DNA of 50,204 bases, taken from contig DATEKI010000280.1 of NCBI GenBank assembly GCA_035277545.1, positions 1 to 50,204 on the forward strand, written 5' to 3'. A program made the position numbers and the translations under genes. The notes beneath the pieces are model-generated. The model ran no database searches. It was given only the letters and a program-made list of their open reading frames with translations, and was not told the origin of the DNA. This document shows, piece after piece, positions 42,476 to 50,204 of this stretch (positions are counted from its first letter, which is position 1; each line of letters opens with the position of its first letter). The DNA comes from Rhodanobacteraceae bacterium (GTDB lineage Bacteria > Pseudomonadota > Gammaproteobacteria > Xanthomonadales > Rhodanobacteraceae).

Positions 42476-43708
42476 ATGGACATCCTGCCGATCCTCTCGA
42501 CGTTGCGCCGGCACAAGGTCATCCTGTGGTTGCTGATGCTGGAGATCGCGCTGAGCTGCGCGATCATCTGCAACGGCGTGTTCCTGGTCGCGCAGCGCAT
42601 CCAGCACATGGATATGCCCAGCGGCATCGCCGAGCACGAGCTGGTGCAGATCCAGCAGGCGCCGATCGCGTCGCCGCCGGATCGTTATGCACGCGCGCAG
42701 GAAGACCTCGCCGCGCTGCGGCAGATTCCCGGCGTGCAGGCGGTCGGCATGAGCAACCAGGTTCCGTTCGGCGGTGCGTCGTCGAACGGCAACGTGATGC
42801 TCTCGCCCACGCAGCCGCACCGGACCTTGAGCGCGGCCGAATACTTCGGCGAGAACCTGGTGCAGACGCTCGGGTTGCATCTGGTCGCTGGGCGCAGCTT
42901 GCGGCCCGACGAATACGTCAATGCGGATGTGGTGATCCGGGAACTCGCCGACGGCAGCGACAAGGGCTTCCCGATGCCGATGCTCGTCAGCCAGGCGCTC
43001 GCCACGCGCCTGTGGCCGCAGCAAAACCCGCTGGGCAAGCTGGTCTGGCTGACCCCCACCGCGAGCTTCCGCGTGGTGGGCGTGGTGGCGACGTTGGCGC
43101 GTGCCAACGCCTGGAGCACCGCTACCGCCCAATACTCGATGATCATCCCGTTGCACATGGGTGCGGACAAGGATCAAAGCTATCTGCTGCGCACCCGGCC
43201 CGAGGACCGGCAGCGCGTGCTGGCCGCCGCGGTGGCGGCGCTGAAACGCGCGGACCCGGCGCGCGTGATCACGCACACGCGCACCTACGACCAGATCCGC
43301 AGCGATTACTTCAAGGACGACCACGCCATGGCGGGCATGCTGGTGAGCGTGATCCTGGCGGTGCTGCTGATCACCGGGCTCGGCATCGTGGGGCTCGCGA
43401 GTTTCTGGGTCGCGCAGCGCCGCAAGCAGATCGGCATCCGCCGCGCGCTGGGTGCGACGCGCGCCGACATCCTGCATTACTTCCAGACCGAGAATTTCCT
43501 GATCGTCACGTTCGGCATCATGGCCGGAATGGCGCTGGCCTACGGCCTCAGCCTGTGGCTGATGATGCATTACGAATTGCCGCGCCTGCCGCTGACGTAC
43601 CTGCCGATCGGTGCGGTCGTGCTGTGGCTGATCGGACAACTGGCCGTATTGGGTCCGGCTCTGCGGGCAGCGAGGGTGCCGCCTGTCGTGGCGACGAGGA
43701 GCGTGTGA
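42476..43708 (+). CDS. FtsX/MacB-type ABC permease, type B, copy 1 (410 aa)
   Basis: MDILPILSTLRRHKVILWLLMLEIALSCAIICNGVF contains TM1. An extracytoplasmic domain follows, then QIGIRRALGATRADILHYF and three TM helices. The ATG lies 1 nt after the A1 stop codon. Confidence 0.85.
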   Translation: MDILPILSTLRRHKVILWLLMLEIALSCAIICNGVFLVAQRIQHMDMPSGIAEHELVQIQQAPIASPPDRYARAQEDLAALRQIPGVQAVGMSNQVPFGGASSNGNVMLSPTQPHRTLSAAEYFGENLVQTLGLHLVAGRSLRPDEYVNADVVIRELADGSDKGFPMPMLVSQALATRLWPQQNPLGKLVWLTPTASFRVVGVVATLARANAWSTATAQYSMIIPLHMGADKDQSYLLRTRPEDRQRVLAAAVAALKRADPARVITHTRTYDQIRSDYFKDDHAMAGMLVSVILAVLLITGLGIVGLASFWVAQRRKQIGIRRALGATRADILHYFQTENFLIVTFGIMAGMALAYGLSLWLMMHYELPRLPLTYLPIGAVVLWLIGQLAVLGPALRAARVPPVVATRSV

Positions 43709-43712
43709 TGAA

Positions 43713-43812
43713 CACCGCCTTCGTTCCGAAGGGGCGGAGCGAATGCGCCGGGGGATGTCGTCTTGTGAACAAGAGCCATCCCCCTCGGTCCCCCTTCCCG
43801 CGGAAGGGGGAG
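43713..43812. repeat. Composite REP-like element of about 100 bp, copy 2
   Basis: It has the same order of hairpins as 40815-40914: CCTTCG-TTC-CGAAGG, then CCCCCTTCC-CGC-GGAAGGGGG. It fills the 125-bp gap between permease B1 and A2. Confidence 0.55.
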
Positions 43813-43833
43813 GACAAGAATGGGAGCGATTGA

Positions 43834-45150
43834 ATGTTTGGCTATTACCTCGACCTCGCCCTGCGCAGCCTCAAACGCAACCCGGCGCTCACCGCGCTGA
43901 TGATCGTGGCGATCGGCTTCGGCGTGGCGGCGTCGATGATCACGTATTCCGTGTTCCGTGCGGTATCGGGCGATCCCATTCCCGACAAGTCCGCGCAATT
44001 GTTCACGCCTCAGATCGACAGTTGGGGGCCGCAGCAAAGCTTCAACGGTGACAACGAGCCTCCGCAGGCGCTGGACTACACCGATGCGATGGCGCTGATG
44101 CGCGCACACGCGGCGAAGCGGCAGACTTTGCTTTATCCGGTGCAACTGTCGCTGATGCCAGGCGGCAGCCGCAGCCTGCCGATCAAGGCGAACGGCTACG
44201 CCGTGTACGGCGATTTCTTCCCGATGTTCGAGGTGCCGTTCCACTACGGCAGCGGTTGGAATGCAACGCAAGACCAGGCCCGCGCACCGGTGATCGTGCT
44301 GAGCCAGGAGTTCAACAAGAAGCTGTTTGGCGACGCCAACAGCATCGGCCGGGAGATCAACCTGGACGGCCACGATTATCGGGTCGTGGGCGTGACCCGG
44401 CACTGGGATCCCGTGCCGCGCTTCTATTCGTTGTTCGGCAGCAGCGGTTTCGAGCAGCCCGCGGATTTCTACCTGCCGTTCACCCGCGCGCTGGACCTCA
44501 AGATCGATACCGCCGGCAACAACAGTTGCCGCAAGGTCACGACCATGAATGGCTGGGACGACTGGTTGCACAGCGATTGCGTGTGGATCACGCCGTGGGT
44601 GGAACTGGACAGTGCCGCGGACGTCGCGCGCTATCGCAATTTCCTGCAAGGTTATTCCGCCGACCAGCAGCGCGCCGGTCGCTTCGGCTGGGCGCCCAAC
44701 ATCCGCCTGCGCGACGTGACGCAATGGATGGCGTACATGCACGTGGTGCCGCCCGAGAGCCGCATCTCGCTGATGGTGTCGCTGGGTTTCTTCCTGATCT
44801 GCCTGGTCAATACCGTCGGGTTGCTGCTCGCCAAGTTCATGCGCCGCGCCAGTGAAATCGGCGTGCGCCGTGCGCTGGGTGCCTCGCGGCGCGAGATCTA
44901 CATTCAATTCCTGATCGAGGCTGGCACGGTCGGCGTGGCGGGTGGCCTGCTGGGTCTGGTGCTGACGGCGATCGGCGTTTCCGGTGTTGGCTTGCTGTTC
45001 CGTCCCGAGATCGCGCGCCTGGCGCACGTGGACGTGTCGCTGGTGGCGTTGACGCTGGCGGTCGCGGTCGCCGCCACCGTGATCGCGGCGTTCTATCCCA
45101 CCTGGCGCGCGGCGCACGTGCAGCCGGCGTGGCATTTGAAAACCAATTGA
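43834..45150 (+). CDS. FtsX/MacB-type ABC permease, type A, copy 2 (438 aa, the most divergent A)
   Basis: MFGYYLDLALRSLKRNPALTALMIVAIGFGVAASM and EIGVRRALGASRREIYIQF are present, with a C-terminal FtsX-type three-TM bundle. GGGAG lies upstream of the ATG. Confidence 0.85.
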   Translation: MFGYYLDLALRSLKRNPALTALMIVAIGFGVAASMITYSVFRAVSGDPIPDKSAQLFTPQIDSWGPQQSFNGDNEPPQALDYTDAMALMRAHAAKRQTLLYPVQLSLMPGGSRSLPIKANGYAVYGDFFPMFEVPFHYGSGWNATQDQARAPVIVLSQEFNKKLFGDANSIGREINLDGHDYRVVGVTRHWDPVPRFYSLFGSSGFEQPADFYLPFTRALDLKIDTAGNNSCRKVTTMNGWDDWLHSDCVWITPWVELDSAADVARYRNFLQGYSADQQRAGRFGWAPNIRLRDVTQWMAYMHVVPPESRISLMVSLGFFLICLVNTVGLLLAKFMRRASEIGVRRALGASRREIYIQFLIEAGTVGVAGGLLGLVLTAIGVSGVGLLFRPEIARLAHVDVSLVALTLAVAVAATVIAAFYPTWRAAHVQPAWHLKTN

Positions 45151-45164
45151 TGCGGGGCACGCAA

Positions 45165-46397
45165 ATGCAAATCCAGCCCATCATTGCCGCGCTTCGCCAC
45201 CACAAGGCCGGCACCGTGCTGATCGCGCTGCAGATCGCGCTGACCCTGGCAATCGTGTGCAACGCGTTGTTCATCATCCATCAGCGGACGGTGCACCTGT
45301 CCGAGCCCACCGGCATCGACGAAGCCAACGTATTCGTGGTCGAGAGCCAGTGGGCAGGCCGGCAGTCCGACCAGCAGATCGACGCGCAAATCCAAGCCGA
45401 CCTCGTCGCGCTGCGGCAACTGCCGGCGGTGCGCGATGCGGCGCCGGCCAATTCGTATCCACTGCGTGGCGGTGGCTGGGACAACTTCATCACGATGAAG
45501 CCCGACCAAGTGCAGAAGACCACCGATGCCGCGGTGTACCTGAGCGACACCCACCTGGTCGACACGCTGGGCCTCAAGCTGATCGCCGGGCGCAATTTCC
45601 GTCCCGATGAAATCGAACCGATGGGGATGCGCGAGAACAAGACGCCGCCGGTGGCGATCGTGACCAAGGCGCTGGCCGACAAGCTGTTCCCGGATGGTTC
45701 GGCGCTGGGCAAGAGCTTCTACACCATGAGCGCGACGCCGACCACCATCATCGGGATCGTCGCGCGCCTGCAACGGCAGGAAGTCGACACCTGGTCGCGC
45801 GGTTACGCCTACCAGGCCATGCTGTGGCCGCGCCGCCTGGATGTGTCGTTCGGGACCTATTACATCGTGCGCGCCAAACCCGGCCAACTGGCGGCCGCGA
45901 TGCGCGAGGCCCCCAAGGCACTGCTCGCGCAGAGCCGGATGCGCATCATCGATCCCAGGGACGGCGTGCTGAGCTTCGCCGAAATCCGCCACCGTGCCTA
46001 CGACGGCGACCGCGGCACCGTGATCCTGATGGGCATCATCTGCGCGGTGCTGCTGGTGATCACCGGCGCCGGCATCATCGGGTTGACCAGTTTCTGGGTT
46101 GGCCAGCGGCGCAAGCAGATCGGCATCCGCCGTGCGCTCGGCGCGACGCGTACCGACATCCTGCGCTACTTCCAGACCGAGAACCTGCTGATTGCTGGCG
46201 CCGGCGTGGTATTGGGCGCGGTTCTCGCGGTCGGCCTGAACCTCTGGATGATGCGGCAGCTCGCGATGGACCGCATGCCGCTGTCGTACGTGCTGGCGGG
46301 AATCGTCGTGTTGCTGCTGCTGGGACAGGGCGCAGTGTTCGCGCCGGCGCGGCGTGCGTCGCGCGTGTCACCGGTGGAGGCGACGAGGAGCGTTTGA
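45165..46397 (+). CDS. FtsX/MacB-type ABC permease, type B, copy 2 (410 aa)
   Basis: MQIQPIIAALRHHKAGTVLIALQIALTLAIVCNALF aligns with the N-termini of B1 and B3, and QIGIRRALGATRTDILRYF is present. An alternative ATG at 45150 overlaps the A2 stop as TGATG. Confidence 0.8.
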   Translation: MQIQPIIAALRHHKAGTVLIALQIALTLAIVCNALFIIHQRTVHLSEPTGIDEANVFVVESQWAGRQSDQQIDAQIQADLVALRQLPAVRDAAPANSYPLRGGGWDNFITMKPDQVQKTTDAAVYLSDTHLVDTLGLKLIAGRNFRPDEIEPMGMRENKTPPVAIVTKALADKLFPDGSALGKSFYTMSATPTTIIGIVARLQRQEVDTWSRGYAYQAMLWPRRLDVSFGTYYIVRAKPGQLAAAMREAPKALLAQSRMRIIDPRDGVLSFAEIRHRAYDGDRGTVILMGIICAVLLVITGAGIIGLTSFWVGQRRKQIGIRRALGATRTDILRYFQTENLLIAGAGVVLGAVLAVGLNLWMMRQLAMDRMPLSYVLAGIVVLLLLGQGAVFAPARRASRVSPVEATRSV

Positions 46398-47701
46398 TGT
46401 TGGCCTACTACCTCGATCTCGCGCTGCGCAGCCTCAGGCGCAATCCCGTGCTGACGGGATTGATGGTGCTGGCGATCGCGCTGGGCATCGGTGCGTCGAT
46501 GACGACGCTGACCGTCTTGCACGTGCTTTCTGGCGATCCCTTGCCGGGACGCAGCGCGCACATCTACTTCCCGCAGATCGATCCGCGCGACATGAACGGC
46601 TATCAGCCGGGCGGGGAACCGGCCGACCAGGTGAGCTGGATCGACGGATTGAACCTGTTGCGCGCGCATCGCGCAGACCGTCAGGCACTGATGACCGGTG
46701 GCTCGGTGCCGATCCAGCCGGCCGGCGCGAATCTCGATCCGTTCTACGCCGATGCGCGTTACACCACCGCGGATTTCTTCCCGATGTTCGAGGTGCCGTT
46801 CGAGTACGGCGCGGCGTGGAACGCGGCCGACGATGAGGGTCGTGCGCGCGTCGCGGTGATCTCGCGCAAGTTGAACGACAAGCTGTTCGGCGGCAGGGAC
46901 AGCGTCGGCAAGACCATCGACGTCAACGACGCCAACCTGCGCATCGTGGGCGTGCTGGACACGTGGCGCCCGAATCCGCACTTCTACGACTTGTACCAGG
47001 GCACCTACTCGGAACAGGAGGACGTGTTCGTGCCTTTGACGACCTCGCGTGATTTGCACCTTGCGCACGATGGCTCCACCGACTGCTGGGGCAATGGCGC
47101 GCCCAGCCAGAAGGAGCTGGAACAGGCGCCGTGCACCTGGCTGCAGTTCTGGGTGCAACTCGACACGCCCGCGAAGACTGCCGCATACAAGGAATATCTG
47201 GTTCATTACTCGCAGGAGCAGAAGGCACTCGGACGCTTCCAGCGGCCGCCCAACGTGCGCCTGCGCGACGTGATGCAGTGGCTGGCGTTCGAGAAGGTGG
47301 TACCGGGCGACGTCCGCCTGCAGGTCTGGCTCGCATTCGGTTTCCTGCTGGTGTGCCTGGTCAACACCGTCGGCCTGATGCTGGCGAAGTTCCTGCGCCG
47401 CAGCGGCGAGATCGGCGTGCGCCGCGCGCTGGGCGCCGCGCGGCGCACGGTGTTCGAACAATTGCTGGTCGAGGCCGGCCTGGTCGGTTTGGCCGGCGGC
47501 GTCGGCGGCCTGCTGCTGGCGTTGCTGGGCCTGTGGCTGGTGCGCCGGCAGCCGGCGGATTACGCACGGCTCGCGCACCTCGATCCATTGATGTTGCTGG
47601 TCACGTTCAGCCTTGCGATCGGTGCGACCCTGCTTGCCGGCATCCTGCCGGCCTGGCGTGCCTGCCATGTCGCACCGGCACTGCAATTGAAGGGGAATTG
47701 A
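46397..47701 (+). CDS. FtsX/MacB-type ABC permease, type A, copy 3 (434 aa)
   Basis: MLAYYLDLALRSLRRNPVLTGLMVLAIALGIGASM and EIGVRRALGAARRTVF are present. The ATG overlaps the B2 stop as TGATG. The ORF start at 45824 is an artefactual extension. Confidence 0.85.
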   Translation: MLAYYLDLALRSLRRNPVLTGLMVLAIALGIGASMTTLTVLHVLSGDPLPGRSAHIYFPQIDPRDMNGYQPGGEPADQVSWIDGLNLLRAHRADRQALMTGGSVPIQPAGANLDPFYADARYTTADFFPMFEVPFEYGAAWNAADDEGRARVAVISRKLNDKLFGGRDSVGKTIDVNDANLRIVGVLDTWRPNPHFYDLYQGTYSEQEDVFVPLTTSRDLHLAHDGSTDCWGNGAPSQKELEQAPCTWLQFWVQLDTPAKTAAYKEYLVHYSQEQKALGRFQRPPNVRLRDVMQWLAFEKVVPGDVRLQVWLAFGFLLVCLVNTVGLMLAKFLRRSGEIGVRRALGAARRTVFEQLLVEAGLVGLAGGVGGLLLALLGLWLVRRQPADYARLAHLDPLMLLVTFSLAIGATLLAGILPAWRACHVAPALQLKGN

Positions 47702-47702
47702 C

Positions 47703-48932
47703 ATGCAGATCCTGCCGATCCTCTCCACCTTGCGCCGGCACAAGATCACGGCGTCGCTGATCGTGCTGGAGATCGCGCTGACCTGCGCGATCGTCTGCAA
47801 CGCGGTGTTCCTGATCAGCCAGCGCCTGCAGCGGATGGACATGCCGAGCGGCGTGGCGATGCACGAACTGGTGCAGGTGCAGGTCTCGACGATTGGCGAG
47901 CAGCCGGACGCCAAGGCACGCACGCAGGAAGACCTGGCGGCATTGCGCGGCATTCCGGGGGTGCAATCGGTGGCGCTTGCGAACGAACTGCCGTTCACCA
48001 ATTCGTCATCGAACAGCAGCATCCTGTTGAAACCCACGCAGACCCAGCCGACCCTCAACGCCACTTATTACACCGGTGAGGACGTCGCGCACGTGCTTGG
48101 CACCCGGCTGGTGGCCGGACGCTGGTTCCGTCCCGACGAGTACCTGGATTTCGAATACGTGGTGACGCACCAGGGCGACCTTCCGGATTCGGCGAGGATC
48201 GCGATCATCACCCACGCCATGGCCGAGAAGTTGTGGCCTGGCGAAAACCCGTTGGGCAAGACTTTCTGGATGGGCAATCGCATCGAGATGCGGGTGGTGG
48301 GCGTGGTCGAAAGCCTGATCCGACCGTCCTTGTGGATGGGTGACAACGCCGCGCAGTGGAGCATGGTCTTCCCGCTGCGCATGACGGTGGGCCAGGGCGC
48401 GTCGTACGTATTGCGCACCGCGCCGCAGGATCGGCAACGCGTGATCCGGGCCGCCGTTGCCGCCCTCAAGAAGCTCGATCCGAAACGCGTGGTCACCGAG
48501 CACCGCACACTGGACGACGCGCGCGCCGAATTCTTCCAGGGCGACCGCGCGATGACCGGCCTGTTGCTTGGCGTCATCGTTGCGCTGCTGCTGGTCACCG
48601 GCCTCGGCATCGTCGGCCTGGCCAGCTTCTGGGTTGGGCAGCGCCGCCGCACCATCGGCGTGCGTCGCGCGCTGGGAGCAACGCGCGCCGACATCCTTCA
48701 TTACTTCCAGACCGAGAACTTCCTGCTGGCGACCATCGGCATCGTGCTGGGGATGGTGCTGGCCTACGGCATCAACCTTTTGCTGATGCTGCACTACGAA
48801 TTGCCGCGGATGCCGTGGATGTACTTTCCGGTGGGCGCGCTTGCGCTGTGGCTGATCGGACAAATCGCCGTGTTGGGTCCGGCCCTGCGCGCCTCGCGCG
48901 TGCCGCCGGTGGTGGCGACACGCACGGTGTGA
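47703..48932 (+). CDS. FtsX/MacB-type ABC permease, type B, copy 3 (409 aa)
   Basis: MQILPILSTLRRHKITASLIVLEIALTCAIVCNAVF and TIGVRRALGATRADILHYF are present. The ATG lies 1 nt after the A3 stop, and AAGGGGA lies upstream. Confidence 0.85.
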   Translation: MQILPILSTLRRHKITASLIVLEIALTCAIVCNAVFLISQRLQRMDMPSGVAMHELVQVQVSTIGEQPDAKARTQEDLAALRGIPGVQSVALANELPFTNSSSNSSILLKPTQTQPTLNATYYTGEDVAHVLGTRLVAGRWFRPDEYLDFEYVVTHQGDLPDSARIAIITHAMAEKLWPGENPLGKTFWMGNRIEMRVVGVVESLIRPSLWMGDNAAQWSMVFPLRMTVGQGASYVLRTAPQDRQRVIRAAVAALKKLDPKRVVTEHRTLDDARAEFFQGDRAMTGLLLGVIVALLLVTGLGIVGLASFWVGQRRRTIGVRRALGATRADILHYFQTENFLLATIGIVLGMVLAYGINLLLMLHYELPRMPWMYFPVGALALWLIGQIAVLGPALRASRVPPVVATRTV

Positions 48933-48950
48933 TTCGACGCGCAGACGTGC

Positions 48951-48982
48951 CCAAAAAAGAAACGGGCGCCATCTGGCGCCCG
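48951..48982 (-). terminator. Rho-independent terminator for the minus-strand DUF4168 gene (the stem may also stop plus-strand readthrough)
   Basis: CGGGCGCC-ATCT-GGCGCCCG (48963-48982) forms the stem. On the minus strand it is followed by TTTCTTTTTTGG. Confidence 0.6.
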
Positions 48983-48988
48983 CATTCC

Positions 48989-49441
48989 CTATGACGTCGG
49001 TGGTTGCTGCGGTTGCGGTTGTTGCTGCGGCTGCGGCGGCATGAACTTCTGGACCTTGGAGCGGACGCTGCTGTCGGTCTGCACGAGGTTGGCGATCTGC
49101 ACGTAGCGTTTGGGCGAAAGCTGGTGGCTTTCGACTGCCGCTTCCATTTTCTTTTCGCCTTGCGCCTGCAGCTTGGTGCGGGCATCCGCGGTCTGTGCGG
49201 ACGCCATTTCCGGCTGCAGCGAGTTCTTGATGTTCTGCACGTCCACGACGGCCAGTGCAAAGTTCTTCAGCTCCGTGTCGTTCGGGGCCGGCCCGGTATC
49301 GGCCTGGGATGCAGCGGCGTTGTCCTGGGGCTGCGCCTGTTGCGGAGCGGGCTGGGTTTGTGCAAGCGCTGCGGGCGCCAACATGGCGACGGCCAGCGAC
49401 ACGGCGGCCGCTACACCCGTACGGTTGATTCGTCCAATCAT
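48989..49441 (-). CDS. Periplasmic DUF4168-like protein with a Gln/Pro-rich C-terminal tail
   Basis: The start is MIGRINRTGVAAAVSLAVAMLAPAALAQ (a signal peptide), followed by the helical repeats DTELKNFALAVVDVQNIK... and LSPKRYVQIANLVQTDSSVRSKV, and the tail PPQPQQQPQPQQPPTS. The internal ATG 49441 is chosen. Confidence 0.6.
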   Translation of the reverse strand: MIGRINRTGVAAAVSLAVAMLAPAALAQTQPAPQQAQPQDNAAASQADTGPAPNDTELKNFALAVVDVQNIKNSLQPEMASAQTADARTKLQAQGEKKMEAAVESHQLSPKRYVQIANLVQTDSSVRSKVQKFMPPQPQQQPQPQQPPTS

Positions 49442-49618
49442 TGCGTTGTCCTCATCGGCGAAATGCACGGCGTTGACACGCGCCGTACATTCGACCGTAA
49501 CGAGGTACGCAACGTGCATGCAACCCTGCGCGGCGCACCGGTTCAGGCGCAAGTCGGTTTGCGCGGGAAAGCCGAACGCGTCATGAATGAACGGCGTTCA
49601 AGATGTGTTTCGCAGCCA

Positions 49619-50204
49619 TCAATCTTCCAGCGTCAGCAACGACGCGTTGCCGCCGGCCGCGGTGGTGTTGACGGTGAAGGTGCGCTCGGTCGCGAAACGC
49701 AACAAATAGTGCGGGCCGCCGGCCTTGGGGCCGGTGCCGGACAGGTTTTCGCCACCGAACGGCTGCACGCCGACCACCGCGCCGATCTGGTTGCGGTTGA
49801 CGTAGAGGTTGCCGACCTTGGCGCGACGGCGGATGTGTTCCACGGTTTCATCGATGCGGCTGTGCACGCCGAGCGTCAGGCCGAAGCCGGTCGCGTTGAT
49901 CGCATCGATCACCTCGTCGAGTTCGCTCGCCTTCCAGCGCACCACGTGCAGCGCGGGGCCGAAGACTTCGCGGGTCAGCAATTTGATCGACGGGATTTCG
50001 TAGGCGCGCGGCGCGAAGAAGGTGCCGTGTTCGGCGCCTTCAGGCAGCTTCGCCATGTTGATGAGTTTGGCCGAGCCGCGCATCACTTCCGCGTGTTCTT
50101 CCAGCGACGCGCACGAGGGCTGGTCGATCACCGGGCCGACGTCGGTCGAAAGCAGCGCCGGGTCGCCCACCTTCAGCTCATCCATCGCGCCCTTGAGCAT
50201 GTTG
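49619..50204 (-). CDS. putA: Bifunctional proline dehydrogenase / L-glutamate-gamma-semialdehyde dehydrogenase PutA, C-terminal end (the rest lies outside the window)
   Basis: NLYVNRNQIGAVVGVQPFGGENLSGTGPKAGGPHYLLRF and the C-terminal VNTTAAGGNASLLTL are typical of the PutA aldehyde-dehydrogenase module. The frame is open to the window edge. Confidence 0.85.
   Translation of the reverse strand, partial: NMLKGAMDELKVGDPALLSTDVGPVIDQPSCASLEEHAEVMRGSAKLINMAKLPEGAEHGTFFAPRAYEIPSIKLLTREVFGPALHVVRWKASELDEVIDAINATGFGLTLGVHSRIDETVEHIRRRAKVGNLYVNRNQIGAVVGVQPFGGENLSGTGPKAGGPHYLLRFATERTFTVNTTAAGGNASLLTLED

Noticed and set aside
40815-43812. The repeated GGAAGGGGG/CCCCCTTCC hairpin elements and the CGTCATTCCGG units as a possible CRISPR array.
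   Set aside because: There are only two to three copies. They are kilobases apart with genes between them, are imperfect, and are internally palindromic like REP elements. There is no regular repeat-spacer periodicity and there are no cas genes.
33728-50204. A search for a hidden ABC ATPase or MFP adaptor gene serving the six permeases.
   Set aside because: None of the ORFs supplied for this region, in any frame, shows Walker A plus an LSGGQ signature or a lipoyl/coiled-coil adaptor pattern. The P-loop-type motifs I noticed in the window belong to HslU (GPTGVGKT) and the SNF2 helicase (GLGKT); the sulfotransferase PRSGTT/PRAGST strings are PAPS-binding loops. The absence is therefore reported as part of the main finding rather than as a feature.

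Overview
High-GC chromosome segment (about 65-70% G+C by eye). It is most consistent with a Xanthomonadales/Lysobacterales-type gammaproteobacterium, because it is rich in TonB-dependent receptors and carries CGTCATTCCGG-type REP hairpins; this taxonomy is inference. I call about 37 protein genes. I found no rRNA, tRNA, CRISPR array, transposase or prophage. The housekeeping backbone is gpsA (partial), hslVU, lptM-dapF-DUF484-xerC, aroE, prlC, a KefB/C-like antiporter and putA (partial). The accessory content is: an SNF2 helicase, mprF-acvB, two convergent 'TonB-dependent receptor + TPR-sulfotransferase' modules, a divergent GNAT / RimK-type ATP-grasp pair, a cNMP-binding patatin phospholipase, a 1148-aa polytopic membrane-anchored ankyrin-repeat protein, and fadL. 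The most unusual locus is at 41.2-48.9 kb. It holds six consecutive FtsX/MacB-type permease genes arranged as three translationally coupled A-B pairs, with no ABC ATPase, periplasmic adaptor or regulator anywhere in the window. Non-coding signals include two REP families, twin 18-bp TGTCAAG-N4-CTTGACA palindromes over a near-consensus sigma70 promoter, other perfect palindromes upstream of fadL and of the permease array, a sigma32-like promoter for hslVU, and several intrinsic terminators. Many long ORFs in the six-frame track are high-GC alternate-frame artefacts, and several real genes start well inside their maximal ORFs. All functional calls rest on motif and family recognition by eye; no database search was run.
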